64,000 nucleotides of DNA from an uncultured bacterium (GTDB lineage Bacteria > Patescibacteriota > Dojkabacteria > SC72), in the NCBI GenBank assembly GCA_903840015.1, contig CAIMEL010000024.1, positions 1,057 to 65,056 on the forward strand. Direction: 5' to 3'. A program made the position numbers and the translations under genes. Shown here one piece after another: positions 38,030 through 47,318 of the stretch. The notes under the pieces were generated by a model. The model worked only from the letters and a program-made list of their open reading frames with translations. It searched no databases and was not told the DNA's origin. Every line of letters begins with the position of its first letter. The first letter of the stretch is position 1.

Positions 38030-39211
38030 TTACGTTCTGTTTAGAATAAAAATATTCCTTGTGATGATACTATTTTTACGACTCCACTTCAAGTCCCTTC
38101 CTCCTGAGTAGTATGTATTTAAAACCTCCCACCTATTTGTTAATAATTCTCTAACACCGAAAGTCTTCCATCCACTCTTAGTTTTGTATGAAGGGATAAT
38201 TATGACCACCTTTATACCTCTCTTCTCTATCTTCTCGTCTATGAGTTTGAAGAGTGCTTTGTAAAGAGACTTAACTTCATTTAAGAGCTTTTCTGCATTA
38301 ATATCTGCCAATTCTCGCTTCTGAGCAGCTCCCATAAATGGTTCACACACAATTCCTGAGATATCCGTATTCTTTAATCTCTTTACAATCTCATGGTCTG
38401 GCTGTTTTACATCCAATCTAAAAGCTTCATAGAAGATATCATCAATCAACCCCTCCTTATCAAGCCATTTGATATTCTCCTCAGTATGATGTACAGCATT
38501 GCTATCTATATCTGATGCCAAGAAGTTAAACCCTAAGACAGCCGCTTCCATAGGTATTGTTCCAGAACCACAAAACGGATCCCATAATATTCCGCCATTT
38601 AAACCCGTAAAATTAACCATCATACGAGCCAACTTAGGGGGTAGAACTCCCATTTCAATATCAGTATATGGCCTGTCTAAATCTCTCTGGGCAAATTCCT
38701 CTACATTCTGAATTAATACTGTATTTCCATAGATCTCTTCCTTACCATTATTCAAAATACATAGTTCAAAACCCTTCCTTAATATATGGTTGTACTGAAT
38801 TTGGCCATAATTCAATGATTTCTCATTTTTATTTGGAGCTATGAATCTCGACGATATCCCATACTCTTTTAAACCCTCTTTTATACTATTTCCAAGCTTC
38901 TTCTGAGAAAGATTACTCTCTATACCCAATACAGTAATACCAAAAACAACTTTTCCTTCGTGAGTTGTAAAACCTGTCAAAAATGAATCTAAATCATCAA
39001 TGATTTCACCATATCTAATGAAGCCACCCAATCTTTTAAAAATCTTCTCAAGAATTTCAGGGTTTACATCATTACTCTTAACTAAGAAAATCTCTGGCGA
39101 GAATCTATGAACTATATCTTTCTTTAGATGAAAAGATTCGAACGTAGTAAGTAGTTCAGTATACGAAAGGTCTGGAAAAGATCCAGCCTCAAAGAAATAT
39201 TGCTTAGACAT
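38030..39211 (-). CDS. SAM-dependent RNA methyltransferase, Trm11/TrmG10-like
   Basis: RD..RP, GVLPPKLARMMVN, WDPFCGSGTI.MEA, SDID and IVCEPFMG. Confidence 0.75.
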   Translation of the reverse strand: MSKQYFFEAGSFPDLSYTELLTTFESFHLKKDIVHRFSPEIFLVKSNDVNPEILEKIFKRLGGFIRYGEIIDDLDSFLTGFTTHEGKVVFGITVLGIESNLSQKKLGNSIKEGLKEYGISSRFIAPNKNEKSLNYGQIQYNHILRKGFELCILNNGKEEIYGNTVLIQNVEEFAQRDLDRPYTDIEMGVLPPKLARMMVNFTGLNGGILWDPFCGSGTIPMEAAVLGFNFLASDIDSNAVHHTEENIKWLDKEGLIDDIFYEAFRLDVKQPDHEIVKRLKNTDISGIVCEPFMGAAQKRELADINAEKLLNEVKSLYKALFKLIDEKIEKRGIKVVIIIPSYKTKSGWKTFGVRELLTNRWEVLNTYYSGGRDLKWSRKNSIITRNIFILNRT

Positions 39212-39594
39212 TATGATATTTTCTTAACAAGTACTTTTGTTAAATCAGCTCTATACCCATACCTTCGTCTACTTCGAGATTTTGCTTTGTATATCAATCC
39301 CTTAATCTTGTCACCTTTAAATTGTGAAGTAATCTCTAATTTAACAACTGCACCATCTACCAAAGGTTTTCCGATTTGAATTTTCTCACCATCAGCAACA
39401 AGTAATACATCCTTGATCTCAAGTTTGTCACCCTTGTTACCTGAAAGTTTGTTAACTTCATACTCTTTACCTTCAGAAACTTTTAATTGAACACCAGCAA
39501 GCTTAATAACGGCAAATTTTGAACCTGATTCAACTACCTCTTTGGTTTCAATCTTCTTTTCTACTTTTTTAGTTGTCTTTTTCTCTGTAGCCAT
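39211..39594 (-). CDS. rplU: 50S ribosomal protein L21
   Basis: FAVIKLAGVQLKV.EG, IGKPLV.GA.V and YK.K...RR.YG.R; K/E-rich N-terminal extension. Confidence 0.95.
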   Translation of the reverse strand: MATEKKTTKKVEKKIETKEVVESGSKFAVIKLAGVQLKVSEGKEYEVNKLSGNKGDKLEIKDVLLVADGEKIQIGKPLVDGAVVKLEITSQFKGDKIKGLIYKAKSRSRRRYGYRADLTKVLVKKIS

Positions 39595-39638
39595 AGGTAA
39601 GGATTTTAAGTTAATAACGGTAAAAAGTCAATGAGATA

Positions 39639-40958
39639 TTACTCATATATATTTAAAATCTCTGTTGTCTTTACATTTAGTTTTCTTTCAACAACATTAT
39701 GAACATTCTGTACCAATCCCAAAGCAACCAAGGACATTATTGTAGAGCTTCCTCCAACACTCATAAACGGTAACGGTATACCTGTTGCCGGTATTGTACC
39801 AAGGTTTGTTCCAATATTTATGAAAATCTGTAAGAGAAATGCTAAACCTACACCTAGAGACAGAAGCGAAAGTAAAGGATTAGTTACTGTACGAATAGAT
39901 TTAAAAAGACAAATGACAATGATAACACCATACACCATAATGAGGAAAAGACTCCCGACCAGACCAAACTCCTCAGCGTACGAGGCAAAGATGAAGTCTG
40001 TTTCGTGTTCTGGTAAGAAATTCCGTTTACTTTGAGTTCCATTGCCAAACCCTTTACCAAAGATCTGTCCAGAACCAATGGCAATACGAGACTGATTAAC
40101 ATTAAAACCGATATCACTTTCAGTACCTGTTGGATCCAAGAATGCCTCTATACGATCTTTTTGATAGTCCTTTAGAACATGTTGCCAGATATTTGAAAAC
40201 ACAACCCCTATTAAAAGCCCTGAAAGGAGCGTAGAGATGAGCAATATTCTCCAGCTATCTCTGGCATAGTATATGAAAATGGAAAGTATTGATGCAGGAA
40301 TTAATAACAGATACCACAGAGGATTTAGTAGGACAGCCGAAAGCAAGAATGATCCTGCAATCAACGACAGTATTATTAAAAGAAGAATGTTTCGAAAAGG
40401 ATTACTTAATCCCATGAAAGAGATTAATCCCCATATCGAAAGAAGTAGTATGGCAATACTTCCATTTGGTTGAAGATATACCAATATTGCCATTGGTAAA
40501 ACCAGTATGAAGGAAAGAAGCAAGAGTAACCATTGATTATACTTGTCTTTAAAGGAAACAATGGCTGCAGTAATTAGGATAACTGTAACTTTTGCAACTT
40601 CCGAAGCCTGTAATTGAAAGCCTCCAATTACTAACCACCTTTTTACATTATTTATAGTTGGAGCAAAGAGTAAGGTCGCAACAAGTAAAGCTACAGTTAC
40701 GATGTATATAATTAATAATACTTGCCAATATTTCAAATAATTTAGTTCTAATTTTGATATTAGAAAATACAAAATAAAACCTATCAAGAGAAAAAGTAAC
40801 TGCTTGTATACTGTTTGCAAATCACCTAAACCTCCTGTTGGTAATATCTTCGTGGAGACGAGATTAACAATCCCTATTATAGAAATGATTATCGTGGAAG
40901 AAAGTAGAAACCAATCAATATGGTACACACTAGATTCTTTCTTCGAGAATATATTCAT
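39639..40958 (-). CDS. rodA: SEDS family peptidoglycan glycosyltransferase (RodA/FtsW)
   Basis: RW...G.QLQASE..K, YQKDRI.AFLDP, QS.IAIGSG...GKG, LPE.ETDFIF...EE.G and TGIPLPF.S.GGS. Confidence 0.88.
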   Translation of the reverse strand: MNIFSKKESSVYHIDWFLLSSTIIISIIGIVNLVSTKILPTGGLGDLQTVYKQLLFLLIGFILYFLISKLELNYLKYWQVLLIIYIVTVALLVATLLFAPTINNVKRWLVIGGFQLQASEVAKVTVILITAAIVSFKDKYNQWLLLLLSFILVLPMAILVYLQPNGSIAILLLSIWGLISFMGLSNPFRNILLLIILSLIAGSFLLSAVLLNPLWYLLLIPASILSIFIYYARDSWRILLISTLLSGLLIGVVFSNIWQHVLKDYQKDRIEAFLDPTGTESDIGFNVNQSRIAIGSGQIFGKGFGNGTQSKRNFLPEHETDFIFASYAEEFGLVGSLFLIMVYGVIIVICLFKSIRTVTNPLLSLLSLGVGLAFLLQIFINIGTNLGTIPATGIPLPFMSVGGSSTIMSLVALGLVQNVHNVVERKLNVKTTEILNIYE

Positions 40959-40982
40959 AACTGATTATACCAATTAACGGTA

Positions 40983-42200
40983 TTAGTTTTGGTTAGGTTT
41001 CCTCATAAATGCTGGGACATCCAAAGGATCCTCTGCGAGAATATCCTTTTTAGGAGTAAGATCAATTATATCTTCCTCATGATCCAATTCAGAATCATCT
41101 TCGAAAGAATCTAACTCCTTAGGTTCTCTAGCAATAACAGGTTCTTCTACTGGTTGTCTTTCTGCTCTATCTTGGATATCGAATCCAAATGTTCTTACAT
41201 TTGTAGGAGCATCACTTTTTTGCTGTTTTGTATATATTTGCCTATTTTCATCAAAACCGGTAGCAACTATCGTTATTGTAATCTCATCACCTGCATTTGG
41301 ATCAATCTGTGCACCGAATTTAATGTTCGCTGAAGGATCTACTGCTTCCTTAATTAACTCTGATACAAGACTAATTTCAGGCAATGTTAAGTTTGAACCA
41401 ACAACATTGTAGAGTACACCTGTTGCTCCCTCTATGGACATATCCAAAAGAGGACTGGTAGTTGCTGCTCTTGCCGCTTCTTCAGCTCTGTTCTCACCTG
41501 TTGCTCTACCTATACCCATAAGTGCTGTACCTGCATTTTGCATAACGGATTTAGCGTCATTAAAGTCAGCATTGATATATCCCGTCTGACTAATGAGGTT
41601 AGAAATACTTTTAACTCCCTCAGCCAGTACAGAATCTACTTTCTTCATAGCATCTATAAAGGAAAGTTTCTCATTCTCACTTACAATCTCTAACAATCTT
41701 TGATTTGGGACTACAATTAATGTGTCAACCTTGTCTCTCAATGCTGCAATTCCTTCTTCTGCAACTTCTCTTCTTTTGTTTCCTTCAAAGTCAAAAGGTT
41801 TTGTAACAACTGCTACTGTCAAAGCACCCATATTTCTTGCAACTCCAGCTATTATTGGAGCAGCTCCTGTACCAGTACCACCACCCATACCAGCAGTTAT
41901 GAAGACCATATTCGCACCTTCCAAAAGCTCCTGAATCTGATCTAAACTCTCCTCTGCAGCCTGAGCTCCCATCTCAAAATTTCCACCAACTCCCAATCCA
42001 TGAGTTAACTCCTCTCCCAACTGCAAAGTTACTGCAGCTTGAGACATCTTAAGTGCTTGAGCATCTGTATTAAAAGCCATGAAATCAACGCCAGGGATAT
42101 CATAATCCGTGATCATTGTATTAATTGCATTACACCCACCACCACCAACTCCTACCACCTTTATTTTTGCCACGGGATCGACATTTGTAGTAACTAACAT
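40983..42200 (-). CDS. ftsZ: Cell division protein FtsZ
   Basis: GVGGGG.NA, NTDAQAL, GMGGGTGTG tubulin motif and C-terminal LDVPAFMRK. Confidence 0.98.
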   Translation of the reverse strand: MLVTTNVDPVAKIKVVGVGGGGCNAINTMITDYDIPGVDFMAFNTDAQALKMSQAAVTLQLGEELTHGLGVGGNFEMGAQAAEESLDQIQELLEGANMVFITAGMGGGTGTGAAPIIAGVARNMGALTVAVVTKPFDFEGNKRREVAEEGIAALRDKVDTLIVVPNQRLLEIVSENEKLSFIDAMKKVDSVLAEGVKSISNLISQTGYINADFNDAKSVMQNAGTALMGIGRATGENRAEEAARAATTSPLLDMSIEGATGVLYNVVGSNLTLPEISLVSELIKEAVDPSANIKFGAQIDPNAGDEITITIVATGFDENRQIYTKQQKSDAPTNVRTFGFDIQDRAERQPVEEPVIAREPKELDSFEDDSELDHEEDIIDLTPKKDILAEDPLDVPAFMRKPNQN

Positions 42201-42227
42201 AGGAACAAACGACTTAAATTAATTTAT

Positions 42228-43526
42228 TTAAGGCAGTAAGGATTTAAACCAATCTTTAATCTTTCCAAAAGCTCCACCAATCTCCATCTTGTTCTTCTCA
42301 GAACCTTTAGGAATATCACCATCATCATCCATCGCATGTTTAATCAAACCTTGAACACAAGCGTAAGCAGGATCTGAAATCTCCTCCGTCATACCTGTAA
42401 GGCCTGAAGGGTAACCTACTCTTGCCGCAACACCAAATACACACTGCGTAAATTTCGTAATATCTTGAAGAAGACTTGTACCACCAGTAAGAACAACCCC
42501 TGCTGGCATAGCTATATCATATCCAGCTTTTGAAACATTCTGCTTTGCCATCTCCAAAATTTCCTCACATCTGGCTTCTACAATCTTCTTTAACATATCT
42601 TTTGAAACCTTCTTGTCTATTCCAATTACACTCAAATCCAACTCTTCTGTTTTCACTTTCTTCTCCTTAGGTTCATCTTTCTTTCTCAGTAATGCAGGTG
42701 TCGAATCCAAATCTTTCCCTTTTGTTGGAGTACACTTGTTATCTAAAATATCTGCCATATTCACCTTTATCTTCTCTGCATCCTCAAGTGAAACTTGCAG
42801 TCCAATAGCTATATCACTGGTCAAGTTATATCCACCCAAAGGAATTGAACCACTGTAAACGATAGAGCCCTCTTGGAAAATCGCGATACCTGTTGTCCCA
42901 GCACCAATATCTAACAAAGTCACACCTAATTCTTTTTCTGTATCTGTTAAAACTGCAAGAGATGAAGCCCAAGCAGTGAAAATAACATCGTAAACATTAG
43001 ACCCTATCTGTTCTACACATTTACGAATATTCTGCCAGTAAGAATTTGGTGCTGTAATTATGTGAGTCTCAACTTCCAATCTTCCTCCACTCATCCCTAT
43101 TGGATACTTAATTCCTCCCTGATTATCTACTACAAATTCTCTTGGAATTATATGTATTGGATTAAGATTATCTGGCAAAGACAGTGTCCTTGCATTTTCT
43201 ATTGCCCTGTACGTGTCGTCTATTGTTATCTCTGAACCCGCAACTGCCACAACCCCTTTGTTATTTAAGCTGGTAACCTGCTCTCCATTTATTGAAACAT
43301 ACACATCGGAAACAGTAACACCAGCCATTCTCTCTGCGGCAGTAACACTCTCAGAAATAGCATTAGTCGCATCATCAATATTCACCACAACACCTTTTTT
43401 GATACCCTTGCTGGGATGAGAACAAACACCTATAACCATGGGGGCTTTATTATCTTCTACAGATGATATTACAGTCGTAATTTTCGAGGAACCTACATCA
43501 ATTGCTGTTATTATTTTTCTTGCCAT
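42228..43526 (-). CDS. ftsA: Cell division protein FtsA
   Basis: IDVGSSKI, GIKKG.VVNI, DIGAGTT, VLTGG and C-terminal amphipathic KIKDWFKSLL. Confidence 0.97.
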   Translation of the reverse strand: MARKIITAIDVGSSKITTVISSVEDNKAPMVIGVCSHPSKGIKKGVVVNIDDATNAISESVTAAERMAGVTVSDVYVSINGEQVTSLNNKGVVAVAGSEITIDDTYRAIENARTLSLPDNLNPIHIIPREFVVDNQGGIKYPIGMSGGRLEVETHIITAPNSYWQNIRKCVEQIGSNVYDVIFTAWASSLAVLTDTEKELGVTLLDIGAGTTGIAIFQEGSIVYSGSIPLGGYNLTSDIAIGLQVSLEDAEKIKVNMADILDNKCTPTKGKDLDSTPALLRKKDEPKEKKVKTEELDLSVIGIDKKVSKDMLKKIVEARCEEILEMAKQNVSKAGYDIAMPAGVVLTGGTSLLQDITKFTQCVFGVAARVGYPSGLTGMTEEISDPAYACVQGLIKHAMDDDGDIPKGSEKNKMEIGGAFGKIKDWFKSLLP

Positions 43527-43635
43527 AGTATTTTAGGGCAGTAATTTTACTTAAAATTATTATATACAAAAATTCTAATCTCTCAAGCTTCTAAGAATAA
43601 TATAATCAAAATTATATATATTATCAAGCATGTTA

Positions 43636-44454
43636 TCAATTCTTCATCACTGGTCTCTCGAATCTCAAATCTAATGACTTAAAATCAAGATCATCACCTC
43701 TAATTTTACCCATCACAACAACTAATCTCTCTAACTGAACATCCAAGTCCGAAGAGAAAGTAAACACGAAAAGCTTACCCTCCTCTGTACCTACCTTAAG
43801 AATATTCTCTCTAAAAGATATATTCTTCAAAACATAATTGTACATCTCTAGCGATTTCACAACTTTGTATATATCTTCCATAACCAATAATTTCTTTTTA
43901 CTGTTATCAAGTTCCGAGATATCAACATCTGAGGAAAGAAAATATGCTAAAGATAATTCTTCCGATCTACTTTTACAGCAACTTGACTCATCCTCTTTGC
44001 ACAGCTCTTCTAAAACATAACCTCTATCTGAAAGTAAGAAACAATTTCCCCCTTTTAATTCAGCAATCATTTTAGGAGAGAAAAGCTTTACAAAGAAAAC
44101 CAACCTATTAGGGACAACCTTCTCCACCCTAACAGAATTAACATATGGAATTTCATTTGCCATATCCCTTGCAAGCTTCGTAGAATCAAATTTAAAGAAA
44201 TTCAATCCTAAGACATTCTTCTCAATATAGCTTGTAATCATTACAGAAATCTTTTCTTCAATCTCAGATCCTTGACTGTCATACACTTCATAGTTCTTGA
44301 TATTCCAGAGACCAATTAGCAAAGATAGAAATAGTAGCAATAAGAAGGAAAACAGAAGAACATATCTCCGAATAAAAACAATTATTCTAAACCTAGATAT
44401 TTTCTCAAATAGATGAGTATTCTTTTTTTTCGTAACAACAGCATCTACATCCAT
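43636..44454 (-). CDS. ftsQ: FtsQ/DivIB-like protein
   Basis: TM + POTRA-like (PYVNSVRVEKVVPNRL) + terminal LDLRF; immediately upstream of ftsA. Confidence 0.75.
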   Translation of the reverse strand: MDVDAVVTKKKNTHLFEKISRFRIIVFIRRYVLLFSFLLLLFLSLLIGLWNIKNYEVYDSQGSEIEEKISVMITSYIEKNVLGLNFFKFDSTKLARDMANEIPYVNSVRVEKVVPNRLVFFVKLFSPKMIAELKGGNCFLLSDRGYVLEELCKEDESSCCKSRSEELSLAYFLSSDVDISELDNSKKKLLVMEDIYKVVKSLEMYNYVLKNISFRENILKVGTEEGKLFVFTFSSDLDVQLERLVVVMGKIRGDDLDFKSLDLRFERPVMKN

Positions 44455-44496
44455 AGAATAGATATTAACATTGAGAACAGGAAAAAGAAACAAACA

Positions 44497-44573
44497 TGGA
44501 GCGAGAGACGGGGGTCGAACCCGCGACCTACACATTGGCAATGTGTCGTTCTAGCCAACTGAACTACTCTCGC
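44497..44573 (-). tRNA. tRNA-Gly (GCC)
   Basis: GCGAGAGTAGTTCAGTTGGCTAGAA...TTGCCAA...GGTTCGACCCCCGTCTCTCGCTCCA; CCA encoded. Confidence 0.96.
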
Positions 44574-44576
44574 ATA

Positions 44577-44649
44577 TGCCGAGACCCAGGCTCGAACTGG
44601 GGACCCTCTGTTCTTCAGACAGATGCTCTACCAACTGAGCTATCTCGGC
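44577..44649 (-). tRNA. tRNA-Phe (GAA)
   Basis: GCCGAGATAGCTCAGTTGGTAGAGC...CTGAAGA...AGTTCGAGCCTGGGTCTCGGCA; 3 nt upstream of tRNA-Gly. Confidence 0.96.
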
Positions 44650-44680
44650 ATTCCAAGTACTGAAAATGATATCAAATATA

Positions 44681-45799
44681 TTATTTGTTATCAACCAATT
44701 GTTTAAGGATACTCTTTTTGAAGCTATCAAAATCATTAATATATCGTGTGTCCTCTGAGATTTTTTTGTAATTCCACTTCTTTCCCTCAAAATTTTTCAT
44801 ACACTCTCTAAAATCAGATATATTCCAATTATCAAAAAACATACCATTCTTTCCCTCTTTCACTATTTCTAAACTTCCACCACCACGAAAAGCAATAACT
44901 GGTGTTCCCGCAGATATAGCTTCACAAGGAAAGATACCATACTCCTCAATTCCGGGAACAATATACCCTTTTGCTTTTGCCATAATTTTCCATTTCTCTT
45001 CATCAGTAATCCAACCCAAAAATTCGATGTTCTTAAAACGAGAATATTTTTTCTCCAATCTTTTACGCAGAGATCCATTCCCCAAAACTTTCAGTTTACA
45101 TCCCAATTCTGCAGCACAAGACAGAAGAAACTCTCCTTCTTTGTTAGGTTCAAAAGGAGCACCAGAGATATAATAGTCATTTCTCTTCAGATATATTTTT
45201 CCTTTGTATTTCTCTACAGGAGGATGTATTACTGCATCAACTTTCCTATCCCAGTATTTCTCAATTCTTTCCTTTGAAATATTTGAATTCGCAATAATAT
45301 GATCTGGTCGCGAAGATGCTACAACATCCCAGACTCGCATACCAACTAAACAGAAATCAACAAATGCTTGTTTCAGTCTAGAAAAGCCAACAACTCTCGA
45401 ATATCTCGATCTTAAATCCCAAGCATATCTCATTGGGGAATGAATATATGCAACATGCAAACAGTTAAGCGGAGAAATTATCCCATGAGTAACAGAGGAG
45501 CTAGAAGATATTACTAAGTCATACTGGGGAAAATCAAATTTCTCAACAAAGAAAGGCCACAGGTTAAAAGTATATCTGTATACTTTTTTGATGAAAGGGA
45601 TACCATTTAAACGAGAAAAAAATATCCTATGTGAATTCAGGTTATCGGATAGAGACTTCTTCTCTCCAAACAAAGCGAATATATCAGCATCTGGGAAAAT
45701 CTTAGCGAAAGAATCAAGAACTCTATTTGCCCCCGCCATACTCCAAAGAGATTCTGTGACCAATGCTACTCTGTATCTGTTCTTACTTTTCACCATCAT
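44681..45799 (-). CDS. Glycosyltransferase family 4
   Basis: YDLVISSS, YIHSPMRYAWD, ANS and EEYGIFPCEA..AGTPVIA. Confidence 0.92.
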   Translation of the reverse strand: MMVKSKNRYRVALVTESLWSMAGANRVLDSFAKIFPDADIFALFGEKKSLSDNLNSHRIFFSRLNGIPFIKKVYRYTFNLWPFFVEKFDFPQYDLVISSSSSVTHGIISPLNCLHVAYIHSPMRYAWDLRSRYSRVVGFSRLKQAFVDFCLVGMRVWDVVASSRPDHIIANSNISKERIEKYWDRKVDAVIHPPVEKYKGKIYLKRNDYYISGAPFEPNKEGEFLLSCAAELGCKLKVLGNGSLRKRLEKKYSRFKNIEFLGWITDEEKWKIMAKAKGYIVPGIEEYGIFPCEAISAGTPVIAFRGGGSLEIVKEGKNGMFFDNWNISDFRECMKNFEGKKWNYKKISEDTRYINDFDSFKKSILKQLVDNK

Positions 45800-46490
45800 A
45801 TACTATTACAGTTCCATTCTTTTTTCTGAAAATACCAGGTCTAGTGAAAACCATAAAGACACCGAAAAGGACAAGAACAAGTCCAGTAAATACTATATAT
45901 CTATCTATTGGTATTGCAGTATCTATATTGCTTGGATCTAAAATATTCTTCCCTATAACGAAAGTTACTGCCTGTGGTTTAGTTTTTAATATATTCGTAG
46001 GAGGACTACCATCCTTCATCATCAATGTATCAAAGACTCCATTATCTCCACCATACTCCCAATCAAATACTGTGCTACCCTCCTTTAAGACTTTAAATGT
46101 AAGCCTAGCTAAAATATCGGGTTTCACTCCTGTTTTGTACAGAGTACCGCTTCCAGATTGTGTAAAACCTGAAAGCATAATCACACCATTCTCATTATCT
46201 AAAGTAGATTCATCATTTGGCCATTGTGTGAACAAAGTATTATTTCTTTCTGCCTTAGTAAGTTGCAATACCTTTGGGTCAAAAAGTATGACAAATTTCG
46301 CAGAGGTAATCTCCTGGCCTGCAGTATCTATTAATACATCCACAATGAAACCCTGACTCTGATTTATGACCTGTCCTCCTTTTGGATAGAAGGAGAAAGT
46401 TGGTTCTGCTGCAAAAATATTCGAAGGATTTGATACTAAAATCATCAAGAACAGAAATAGTAGTGTTGGTAATACTTTTTTAAGATACAC
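45783..46490 (-). CDS. Cohesin-like domain surface protein
   Basis: Signal peptide; F.VDVLIDT.G, FDP.VLQ and LA.LTFK....G; C-terminal TM. Confidence 0.75.
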   Translation of the reverse strand: MYLKKVLPTLLFLFLMILVSNPSNIFAAEPTFSFYPKGGQVINQSQGFIVDVLIDTAGQEITSAKFVILFDPKVLQLTKAERNNTLFTQWPNDESTLDNENGVIMLSGFTQSGSGTLYKTGVKPDILARLTFKVLKEGSTVFDWEYGGDNGVFDTLMMKDGSPPTNILKTKPQAVTFVIGKNILDPSNIDTAIPIDRYIVFTGLVLVLFGVFMVFTRPGIFRKKNGTVIVYDGEK

Positions 46491-46535
46491 CTTGTTTTAT
46501 AGCTAGATATATAATATTTTAGGATAACAAATTAT

Positions 46536-47318
46536 ATGGAATCTTTAAAGCTATTAATAATAGGAATTGTACAAGGAGTTACAGAACTACTCCCAATCTC
46601 TAGTAGTGGCCACATTCTAATCTTTTCAGAGATACTAAATATCTCCTCATCATCGTTAATCCTTACCTTTTTCCATGTAGGAACAACTTTAGCAATATTA
46701 CTTTTTTTTAGAGAGAAGATCTTTAAAGAAATTCTTAAGAAAGAAAGAATTACTTTTCTAATTAAGATAATAATATCTAGTATCCCAGCTGCACTGATTG
46801 GAGCACTATTTGAAGATTTCATTTCTGAGAAATTAAGAGCTATTCCCATTACAGCAATATCGCTCATAGTAGTAGGAATCGCTATGATAATTATTGAAAG
46901 GAAATCGAAGAAGGAAACAGAGATCGAAGAGGTTACTTGGAAACAATCACTATTAATGGGAGTAAGTCAAACATTTGCTCTAATCCCCGGAGTTTCAAGA
47001 TCAGGAATAACAACACTTACAGGAATACTCACAGGATTAAACAAATATATTGCTTTGGAATATTCACTGATTCTTGGAATCCCTATTCTACTTGGAGGAT
47101 TTGTTTGGGAAACACTTAAACTCTTTTTTAAAGATGGCCAAGCTATTGAATTTACAACACAAAATATATTCACTGGATTAATAATACTTTTAGTTCCGTT
47201 CTGCGTTGGATACTTAGCACTTCATTTACTTAAGAAATTCAAAAAGAGTAACTGGTTAACAGCATTTGGTATTTACAGAATTATACTTGGCGTATTTCTT
47301 TTGCTAATCTCACTATAA
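46536..47318 (+). CDS. uppP: Undecaprenyl-diphosphatase
   Basis: GIVQGVTELLPISSSGH, ALIPGVSRSG.T and FGIYR. Confidence 0.96.
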   Translation: MESLKLLIIGIVQGVTELLPISSSGHILIFSEILNISSSSLILTFFHVGTTLAILLFFREKIFKEILKKERITFLIKIIISSIPAALIGALFEDFISEKLRAIPITAISLIVVGIAMIIIERKSKKETEIEEVTWKQSLLMGVSQTFALIPGVSRSGITTLTGILTGLNKYIALEYSLILGIPILLGGFVWETLKLFFKDGQAIEFTTQNIFTGLIILLVPFCVGYLALHLLKKFKKSNWLTAFGIYRIILGVFLLLISL

